Assembly (NCBI GenBank): GCA_965116765.1
Contig: OZ220718.1
Coordinates: 1,909,384-1,973,383, forward strand
DNA length: 64,000 nt
Direction of reading: 5' to 3'
DNA from: Vicinamibacterales bacterium
GTDB taxonomy: Bacteria; Acidobacteriota; Vicinamibacteria; Vicinamibacterales; UBA8438
The notes under the pieces were generated by a model, which did not search any database, was not told the DNA's origin, and saw only the letters and a program-made list of their open reading frames with translations. The translations under genes were made by a program, and so were the position numbers. Shown in pieces: positions 9,655 to 16,445 of the stretch (the first letter of the stretch is position 1; each line of letters begins with the position of its first letter).

Positions 9655-9749
9655 GCGGCGGCCGCGGGCTGACAGACGCTCTCGCAATTGGACTCACCGC
9701 ACAAGAGGCAGGCCGGAGAAGTGAATGCGGCGGCCGGAGGCTGACAGGG
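9655..9749. repeat. Pair of about 22-bp direct repeats immediately after the PQQ-DH stop (left edge of accessory island)
   Basis: GCGGCGGCCGCGGGCTGACAGA (9655-9676) and GCGGCGGCCGGAGGCTGACAGG (9727-9748) match at 20 of 22 positions, 72 bp apart. Confidence 0.5.
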
Positions 9750-9798
9750 ACCGCCGCTCCCTGCCACTCCGCGCCGCCCGACCGACGAGACGATACGC

Positions 9799-9996
9799 AT
9801 GGAGCCGCCGGACAGCCGCAGCATCGACTGGACGGGAGTTCAGCCCGACGACTCGCCCATCGAACCCCTCGATGGCCGGACCTTTCTGCTCCGCCTGCGC
9901 AGGCTCGAAGAGCACGTGCACGCCCTGAGACTCCTGCGTCGGGCGCTCAGGGCACAACAGTCTCATGATCCGCCGGTTTGTTCGGATTCTGAATGA
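9799..9996 (+). CDS. Small hypothetical ORF (65 aa)
   Basis: MEPPDSRSIDWTGVQPDDSPIEPLDGRTFLLRLRRLEEHVHALRLLRRAL... About 85% G/C at third positions by hand count, higher than the antisense register. No recognisable family and no clear RBS. Confidence 0.25.
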   Translation: MEPPDSRSIDWTGVQPDDSPIEPLDGRTFLLRLRRLEEHVHALRLLRRALRAQQSHDPPVCSDSE

Positions 9997-10138
9997 GCTT
10001 CACGACCCACTTGGCCGACATCGGTCCTTTGAGCGGCTGAGGGACCTCCGACTGCCACAAGTCGGCGAACGGGTCCTCTCGTGTGTCCGCCACCAGCGCG
10101 GCGCCTTCGCCGTCGACGGCATCGGCCCGCCCTGCCAC
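9947..10138 (-). CDS. Small ORF downstream of and overlapping the nominal 3' end of the ImmA/IrrE gene (possible truncated partner gene)
   Basis: From GTG at 10138 it reads VAGRADAVDGEGAALVADTREDPFADLWQSEVPQPLKGPMSAKWVVKLIQNPNKPADHETVVP*. This frame has better GC3 and composition than the Arg/Ser-rich tail of the ImmA frame over the same bases. Confidence 0.3.
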   Translation of the reverse strand: MAGRADAVDGEGAALVADTREDPFADLWQSEVPQPLKGPMSAKWVVKLIQNPNKPADHETVVP

Positions 10139-11280
10139 TCGGCACCCAGGGTCTCGGCGAACTCCCGAAACGTCGACATCTTGCGGATCCCGAGCAGCCG
10201 CAGAGACTCGGAGAACGAGGTTCGGCCCTCCAGCGTGCTCGTCACCAGCGCCTGTCCGAACCGGCGTCCTACACGGACCCTGAGGGTGGGATGGAAGCTG
10301 CCGCCACTCCCCGCCGGGCGTGCGTTCAAGCGCCCAATCTCGTCTCGGTACGCGACCCGGAACTCCTCCTCGCCGAGCCTGCCGGTGTCTTTGAGCCGGC
10401 GCAGCACCACGAGGGTGCTCACCTTGAAGCGCCGGGCCAGCCGCTGCGTTTCCCAGAACAGGTCCGCGGACGCGTCGTGTGCCGCTCGGACCACTTGGCC
10501 CGGGACGAGCAGCTCCGCCGCCACGCGGTTGCACCAAGCTTCCACCCGATGCAGCCGCGTCGGGCGCACCGCGACGTCCGACAAGGCCGACTCGCCGAGC
10601 CACAGATGCGCGAGTTCGTGGGCGAGCGTGAACATCTGCGCCGCCTTCGTGTCCGCGCCGTTCACGAACACCAAAGGGGCCAACGGATCCGCAAGCGCGA
10701 AGCCGCGAAACTCCTCCGGATTGAGCCGCCGCCTCGTGCTGCTCCCGACGATGCCGCTGATCATGACGAGCACGCCGAGTGCCTCAGCCTGTTCGCCGAA
10801 CCTCCGCAGCGCGGCGCTCCACGTGGGCAGCGTGTGGCGCTCGTCGAGGTCGAAGCCCAGGGCGCGGCGCATCTGCGCCGCCGTCGCCTCGATGTCGCTA
10901 GCGATGCTGGCAGACCCGACGAACGGCCGAGGCCCTTCCCCTTCCACGCGTGCGAACTCGCGGTACCAGTCCTGGCGCTGCTGGCAGAGATAGACGGTAT
11001 CGAGCATCTCGGGGCTCGGGCGCCCGATCGCGGAATCTCCCACGGTGCGGAAGTCGGGGATCGGCACTTCTTCAATCGGCGCCTCGGACAGGAAGAGGCA
11101 ACCCACCGGCGCCCGGCTGGTCCTCGCGAAGGCCTCGAGCTGCTTGAGCGTCGGTCGCGCCGTTCCCCGCTCCCACTCGATGTACTTCGGAAAGCGGCGC
11201 ACCAGCACGGCCGGGTCCAGCCGCGCGCGCTCGCGCGCCCAGCGCAACAGTTCCGGCTTCACGTCGGCGCAAGCGGTCAT
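10000..11280 (-). CDS. XRE-type HTH fused to ImmA/IrrE-family zinc metallopeptidase (COG2856-like)
   Basis: N-terminal HTH LLRWARERARLDPAVLVRRFPKYIEWERGTARPTLKQLEAFA. HEXXH motif in LAHELAHLWLG. I prefer ATG 11280 (MTACADVKPELL...) over the upstream ATGs at 11349 and 11361. The last ~45 codons (before TGA at 10000) look non-coding, so the true C-terminus is uncertain. Confidence 0.8.
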   Translation of the reverse strand: MTACADVKPELLRWARERARLDPAVLVRRFPKYIEWERGTARPTLKQLEAFARTSRAPVGCLFLSEAPIEEVPIPDFRTVGDSAIGRPSPEMLDTVYLCQQRQDWYREFARVEGEGPRPFVGSASIASDIEATAAQMRRALGFDLDERHTLPTWSAALRRFGEQAEALGVLVMISGIVGSSTRRRLNPEEFRGFALADPLAPLVFVNGADTKAAQMFTLAHELAHLWLGESALSDVAVRPTRLHRVEAWCNRVAAELLVPGQVVRAAHDASADLFWETQRLARRFKVSTLVVLRRLKDTGRLGEEEFRVAYRDEIGRLNARPAGSGGSFHPTLRVRVGRRFGQALVTSTLEGRTSFSESLRLLGIRKMSTFREFAETLGAEWQGGPMPSTAKAPRWWRTHERTRSPTCGSRRSLSRSKDRCRPSGS

Positions 11281-11527
11281 CGGCGCTTTTCTCAACGACC
11301 GGTACCGTCGCGGCGGGAGATCGGAGAGGAACTGTGCGTCGTCTGCCATTCTGTCGTGCACCGAGGATACTCGAAACGGCCGTACCCGGAGCCCGTGCGT
11401 TTCCCGTGTCGGCCGGCATGCTCTCGCTGGCGGGGAGTGCCCCGTTGAGCGGGCCGCCGCGGTCGGTGGTCGACCGCAATGATCCAGAGCCGACGGCCGA
11501 TTCGCGAAGCCATAAAACCTTCAAGAG

Positions 11528-11569
11528 TATGCTACTCATGAATATGCTACTCATGAGTCATGTTATAGT
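11528..11569 (+). promoter_or_regulatory. Tandem 14-bp direct repeats plus a -10-like box directly upstream of the ATPase gene (operator / leaderless promoter candidate)
   Basis: TATGCTACTCATGA occurs at 11528-11541 and again at 11543-11556 (perfect, 15-bp period). Each copy contains the palindrome TCATGA. TATAGT at 11564-11569 ends 6 nt before ATG 11576. This is a locally AT-rich patch in a ~70% GC background. Confidence 0.45.
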
Positions 11570-11575
11570 CCACCG

Positions 11576-12928
11576 ATGGACCGCTTCGTCAACAGGACGA
11601 ACGAGCTGGCGCTGCTCGACCGGATCGCCCGCTCCGACCGGCGGGAGCTGCTCGTCGTCTACGGGCGGCGCCGGCTGGGCAAGACCGCCCTGCTCAGGCG
11701 GTTCGGCCGCGACCGGCCGCTGATGTTCTTCTCCTGCCCGCTGAGCACCGCGCCGGAGGCCCTGCGGCTGTTCACGCGCGAGCTGGCGCGGACCTTCGAC
11801 GACCCCCTGCTCACGCGGACGCGGTTCTCCGGCTGGAGCGAAGCCGTGGAGTACGCGCTGGAAGCCTGCGGCCGGGACGGCCGCCCCCTGGTACTCGACG
11901 AGCTGCCGTACCTGCAGCACAGCGTGCCCGGCATCGAGTCGCTGCTGCAGCACGGCTGGGACGGACACGACGGTGCGGTCAAGCTGGTGCTCACCGGGTC
12001 GTCCTTTTCCGTGCTCGACGCCGCCGTGGCCGATCCCCGGGCACCGCTCTACGGGCGCCGCACGGCGCAGCTCGAAGTGCAGCCGATGTCTTTCGCCGAG
12101 GTGTCGGACTTCTATCCCGGCTGGTCGTTCGACGAGCGCGCCGTCGCCTACGGCCTCTTCGGCGGCGTGCCCGCCTACGCCGAGCACGTCTCGCGGCACC
12201 CGTCGCCGAGGGGCGCCGCCCTGGCCCTCGCCCTGTCGCCCACCGGACCGCTTTACACGGAGCCCGAGTTCCTCGTACGGGAAGAGCTGCGCGACCCCGG
12301 CGTCTACTTCTCCATCCTCCACAGCCTCGCCGCCGGCATGACGCGTCCGAACGAGATCGCGCAGGACGCGGGGGTCCCGGGGCCGAGCACCAGCAAGTAC
12401 CTCGACGTGCTGCGCCGCCTGCGGCTCGTCCACCGCGAGGTGCCGGTGACGGAGTCGCGGCCGGAACGCTCGCGCAAGGGCCTCTACCGGCTGAGCGATC
12501 CCTTCCTGCGCTTCTGGTTCCGGTACGTCTACCCCAATCGTTCGGCCCTCGAGGCGGGGGCCGGCCGGGAGGTGCTCGAGACCACCGTGCTTCCCGATCT
12601 CGACACCTTCATGGGCCAGCCCTACGAGGAGATCTGCCGCCAGCACCTGATCGCGGAGGGACCGCAGGTGCTCGGCTGGCGGCCGGTGCGGGTCGGCCGC
12701 TATTGGGATGCCCGGACGGAGATCGACCTGATCGCCGTCGACGCGGCCCGCGAACGCGCGGCGTTCGTCGAGTGCAAATGGGGGCGCAACGTCGACGTGG
12801 CGCGGGTCGTCCGCCGGCTGCGCGAGAAGGCCCGCGCCGTCACCCCCTTCGCGGCGGCCTCGCATCGGTACCTGGTCATCAGCCGGACCGACACCGACGA
12901 CGAGCATCACGTGCGCCTGGCGTCGTGA
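11576..12928 (+). CDS. AAA-type ATPase of the archaeal-ATPase/DUF234 family
   Basis: 450-aa ORF. Walker A GRRRLGKT and Walker B LVLDELPYL. C-terminal ...TEIDLIAVDAARERAAFVECKWG resembles the DUF234 nuclease-like tail. Confidence 0.85.
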   Translation: MDRFVNRTNELALLDRIARSDRRELLVVYGRRRLGKTALLRRFGRDRPLMFFSCPLSTAPEALRLFTRELARTFDDPLLTRTRFSGWSEAVEYALEACGRDGRPLVLDELPYLQHSVPGIESLLQHGWDGHDGAVKLVLTGSSFSVLDAAVADPRAPLYGRRTAQLEVQPMSFAEVSDFYPGWSFDERAVAYGLFGGVPAYAEHVSRHPSPRGAALALALSPTGPLYTEPEFLVREELRDPGVYFSILHSLAAGMTRPNEIAQDAGVPGPSTSKYLDVLRRLRLVHREVPVTESRPERSRKGLYRLSDPFLRFWFRYVYPNRSALEAGAGREVLETTVLPDLDTFMGQPYEEICRQHLIAEGPQVLGWRPVRVGRYWDARTEIDLIAVDAARERAAFVECKWGRNVDVARVVRRLREKARAVTPFAAASHRYLVISRTDTDDEHHVRLAS

Positions 12929-12968
12929 AAACAGGTGCCTCGGGGTATTCGCGTCGGCCCCTCGGGGG

Positions 12969-13997
12969 TCACCCGCCCGGTGATTCTCCCGATCCCCGTA
13001 CGGCGTCGTCGACATGGTCGACCGTGGCGGTGCGCGGCGCGCCGCTGCGCTTCATCGAGGGGTTGGTGCCATCGAGGCGCTCCCACGGGCGCGTGTCCGC
13101 GTTGTCGAAGACGACGCCGTTCCGGCGATCGAGGCCGCACGCCTCGATGTGCCTCATCAGACGGCGGATGTTGCAGCCGTGGCTGTTCAGCATCTCCTCG
13201 ACGCCGTTCCGCGAGTACAGCGCCCTGGCGTTCCGCACGTGGCACACGTCGGTGAATGCACGCCCGTCGTTCGTGGTCTGCTCGGTCGTCACCTCGCCGT
13301 CGGCGAGCTCGATGACGATCCGCCGGATCTCCAGCCGGTCGAGGGCGCGGCTTGCGCTCGAACCCAGCCGGTCGAACCGGCAGACGGGGTCTTCGGTCAG
13401 TGCGAGCGCTGTTCCCGCTTCCCGCTCGTACCGGCGGTCCGCCTGCGCCCAGGTGCCCTTGATCGCGATTCTGAGGTCCTGACCCAGCAGAGAGAACGCG
13501 GCGGAGAGCTCCTTGGCGGTTTCGTCTGCGGCGGCTCTCAGAACGTCGTAGACGTCCCGTACCGGGCCGGGGCGTGCGGCGCGGTTGAACTTGCCGCGGA
13601 AGATCTGCGTGGTCGACAGCACGTGCTCGGTGCGGCCGTCGATCCGGACGCGTTCCCCGCCGCCCCTCGGGGAAACGGGCGCGGTGTTCAGGTCGATCAG
13701 CCCGGCGCCGCGCCTGAGCTTGATCCGGCCGCTCGCGGCGGCCTCGACGCGCGCGGCGAGCCTGCGGGCGATGTTCCGGTCGTCGTCCCGCTGGAGCCAC
13801 TCCAGGTTCGTCGTGTCCCGGATGACGACGTCGATGTCGGTCGACAGTCGGTGTCTCCACCGTGCGGCCAGCACCGTGCCGCCGCCGAGCCACGGCGTGT
13901 AGGCGCGGCGCCTCGCCGTCGGGTCGAGGGCCGAGAGCACGTCGCGCGTCTCGAGCCACAGCCGGTGCGCGGGTTCAGGGAGTTCGAGCGTCTTCAC
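12969..13997 (-). CDS. Nucleotidyltransferase of the AbiEii/MenT (DUF1814-like) toxin family with a long uncharacterised C-terminal extension
   Basis: The GTG start follows AAGGAG located inside the upstream gene. Pol-beta NTase signature LGGGTVLAARWRHRLSTDIDVVI. Later KFNRAARPGPVRDVYDVL (K..R...RDxxD). About 180 further residues have no motif I recognise. Confidence 0.7.
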   Translation of the reverse strand: MKTLELPEPAHRLWLETRDVLSALDPTARRRAYTPWLGGGTVLAARWRHRLSTDIDVVIRDTTNLEWLQRDDDRNIARRLAARVEAAASGRIKLRRGAGLIDLNTAPVSPRGGGERVRIDGRTEHVLSTTQIFRGKFNRAARPGPVRDVYDVLRAAADETAKELSAAFSLLGQDLRIAIKGTWAQADRRYEREAGTALALTEDPVCRFDRLGSSASRALDRLEIRRIVIELADGEVTTEQTTNDGRAFTDVCHVRNARALYSRNGVEEMLNSHGCNIRRLMRHIEACGLDRRNGVVFDNADTRPWERLDGTNPSMKRSGAPRTATVDHVDDAVRGSGESPGG

Positions 13998-14502
13998 GGG
14001 CTCCTTGGGCGTCTGGCGGCACCGGCTCGATGACGGCGTTCAGCCAGTGGACCAGGTCCTGGCGGTACGGCGGGCCGATCTCGTGGATCCACCAGGCGAG
14101 GTCCTGAAACGTGTAGGCGCCTTCGGCTTCGGCCCGCATGACGTCGACGATCTCGGACTCGCCGATGATGGTGGCGGCGATGCAGCAGCTGCGGTCCGTG
14201 GCCTCGCGTCCGCGGATTGCACGCTCGGCTTCGCCCGCCGTGGGCGGCTCCGGCCACCCGCAGCACGCGCCCGCGATCACGTTCCGCAGGGCCGGGCTCG
14301 GTTCGTTCCCACCCCGCGGGGCGATGCCGAGATACTCGCGACCCTCGTGCTCGGTGGTCCAGTCGGGGAACGTCGTCCACGCGCGGAGCTGCTCTGGTCC
14401 ATTCGACTCGTCCTCGATGTGGACCTGGGTTGCCGCCGTTGCGCGCCTGATCGGCTCGCGGGTCAGTTGCGCGGTCGTGGCCGTTCTCGGACGCCGCTCC
14501 AT
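13975..14502 (-). CDS. Hypothetical 175-aa protein, operonic partner of the NTase (not AbiEi-like)
   Basis: High GC3 throughout and a 23-nt overlap with the NTase start. Two vicinal Cys pairs (AGACCGWPEP, DRSCCIAATIIG). Trp-rich C-terminus FQDLAWWIHEIGPPYRQDLVHWLNAV. No HTH visible. Confidence 0.6.
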   Translation of the reverse strand: MERRPRTATTAQLTREPIRRATAATQVHIEDESNGPEQLRAWTTFPDWTTEHEGREYLGIAPRGGNEPSPALRNVIAGACCGWPEPPTAGEAERAIRGREATDRSCCIAATIIGESEIVDVMRAEAEGAYTFQDLAWWIHEIGPPYRQDLVHWLNAVIEPVPPDAQGAREDARTP

Positions 14503-14801
14503 CGCTCAGCCGGGTCCTGTGGATTCCGTGGCCCTCGGGTCGCAGGTGATGCAAGTGATGACCGCGTCGCCGTCCCCGGCGCACGTGGTCGAGGGGTCGG
14601 CTGCGCCCTTCCCCGGCCCTGCGGCAGCGCTGAAGACGTGCGCAGGCGATTGTACCCCCATTGCCGGCTCGGGCCCTCCCGTCGCCGCCGCTCGCCATGA
14701 CGCACCACCCTCGCGCCGTGGGCTATGCTGGCTCGCATGTCGTTCCCACGGGTTCTCCTCCCGCTTTTCTTCCGACCCGGGAGACCGCGCCGGGGGCGGA
14801 C

Positions 14802-16010
14802 GTGACCCGGACCCGCCGGAGCCGTCCGAAGTTCACCCGGGCGGCAGCGACCCGATTGTGGCTGCACCGCCAGGGGTTCGACCGGCCCCGTGGGTCGACT
14901 TCGCTCGGCGCCGCGGCCTTCGTCGACCACCTGGAACGGGCGGGCGCCCTCCAACTCGACAGCGTGAACGTCGCGGACCGGGCCCACTACCTGACCCTCT
15001 GGAGCCGGTTCGGCTCGTACGACCGCTCGAAAGTGGATCGGTGGGTGTACCGAGATCGTCTCGCGTACGAGTACTGGGGACACGAAGCCTCGATCCTTCC
15101 CATCTCCCATCTCCCGCTCGGGCGGCGGCGCATGCGCCTGTTCCCTCCCGAGAGCTGGTCGCGACGCGCGTGGTGGGACCGCTACGCGACCTCGACGGCG
15201 TCGAAGCGGCGGGTGCTGCGGCGGCTGCGCGCGGAAGGGCCTCTGGAGAGCGTCGACTTCCAGCCGCGGCCGGCCGAACGCGAGGAGAAGACGGACTCGC
15301 TTGCGTGGCGCCTGAAGGAGGACAAGCGCTCGCTCCAGCTGCTATGGCACGACGGTCGGGTCGCCGTGACCGGGCGGCGGCACTTCCGATGCATCTACGA
15401 CGTGGCGGAGTGCGTCTACCCCGACGGGCCGGTCGCGTCGCTGACCGAGTACCACGACAGTTGGCTCCTGATCGGCCTCTCGGGCTGCGGGATCGCTCCG
15501 GAACGACACCTCGTCAACTACTTCACCGGGCCGGAGCTCAACGCGGCGGAGCGGCGCCGGGTCATCGCCCGCAACCTGCGGAAGAAACGGATCGTCGAGG
15601 TGGACGTGGAGGGACTGCGGGGGCCCTGCTACGCCCTGCCCGAGCACCTCGAGGCGATCGACCATCTGCCCGAGCCGACCGGGACCACGCTGATCTGCCC
15701 CTTCGATTCCCTCCTCTGGCAGCGAAAGCGCGCGGCCGAGCTTCTCGACTTCGAGTACGCCGTCGAGATCTACGTCCCCGCCGCGAAGCGGAAGTACGGC
15801 TACTACGTGTTGCCGATCCTTCACGACGGACGCCTCGTGGGACGACTCGACCCGAAGCTCCACCGCGACCGCAGCCTGCTCGAGATCCGGGCCCTCCACG
15901 TAGAGCCCGACTGCCCGATGACCGCGGACTTCGGCGTCGAGCTGGACGATGCGATCGCGGATCTCGCGAACTTCCTCGGCGCCACGGACATCCGAATGCC
16001 TGCCTCGTGA
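14802..16010 (+). CDS. YcaQ/AlkZ-family winged-helix DNA glycosylase (interstrand-crosslink repair family)
   Basis: Family motifs LQLDSVNV, RAHYLTLWSRF, YEYWGHEAS and KYGYYVLPILHDGRLVGRLDPK. GC3 is poor between 14697 and about 14780, so I prefer GTG 14802 over TTG 14661 or ATG 14697. Confidence 0.8.
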   Translation: MTRTRRSRPKFTRAAATRLWLHRQGFDRPRGSTSLGAAAFVDHLERAGALQLDSVNVADRAHYLTLWSRFGSYDRSKVDRWVYRDRLAYEYWGHEASILPISHLPLGRRRMRLFPPESWSRRAWWDRYATSTASKRRVLRRLRAEGPLESVDFQPRPAEREEKTDSLAWRLKEDKRSLQLLWHDGRVAVTGRRHFRCIYDVAECVYPDGPVASLTEYHDSWLLIGLSGCGIAPERHLVNYFTGPELNAAERRRVIARNLRKKRIVEVDVEGLRGPCYALPEHLEAIDHLPEPTGTTLICPFDSLLWQRKRAAELLDFEYAVEIYVPAAKRKYGYYVLPILHDGRLVGRLDPKLHRDRSLLEIRALHVEPDCPMTADFGVELDDAIADLANFLGATDIRMPAS

Positions 16011-16133
16011 GGCGGGCCCGCTCCGGACGGGACGGCGTACCGTTATCGCGCCCTCTGCGCTGTGCCCCGGAAGTCGCGCATCCGGGTTCGGCCGGCTGGT
16101 CTCGCTCCGCTTGACAGCCTCGGGGGAGACGCG

Positions 16134-16361
16134 GAGAGGAATCAACCGGTATACACGGGCCGCGACCCTGGATGCACGCGCAATGTCACCTGCACAGAGG
16201 GCGTCCCGGACATCGTCGAGCTTGTAGGCGTCCTCAAGTTGCAGGTACGGGGCCCAGCCACCATCCGCTTTCACGAGTGCGACGTCCACTTCGGCCACAA
16301 ACTCGCCGCCCCGCACAAGTCTCGACGTCGGTCGGGCACTCAAGGTCGTCTCCTCATCCAA
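16134..16361 (-). CDS. Small conserved-looking hypothetical protein; the ORF has no stop until 15342
   Basis: TTG 16361 follows GAGG by about 8 nt. The sequence reads ...GEFVAEVDVALVKADGGWAPYLQLEDAYKLDDVRDALCAGDIARASRVAARVYRLIPL and looks like a compact ~75-aa domain. The in-frame continuation runs antisense across the YcaQ gene and looks non-coding. Coordinates give only the plausible core. Confidence 0.3.
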
Positions 16362-16445
16362 GTCCCGCCTCGCAGGGCCGGGCCTGTACGCCGTGACGAG
16401 GCAGTCTGCCGCCCATGCAGCGCCCGACTCCGACGCCGGCTGGTC

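Noticed and set aside
12929-12968. Terminator between the convergent ATPase and NTase genes
   Set aside because: It contains repeated CCTCGGGG segments, but they are direct rather than inverted repeats. No convincing stem-loop is present.
9654-16445. Integrase, transposase, tRNA or inverted terminal repeats defining the island as a mobile element
   Set aside because: None of the ORFs in any frame shows recombinase or transposase hallmarks I recognise. No tRNA-like cloverleaf was evident at either edge. I therefore did not annotate a mobile_element.
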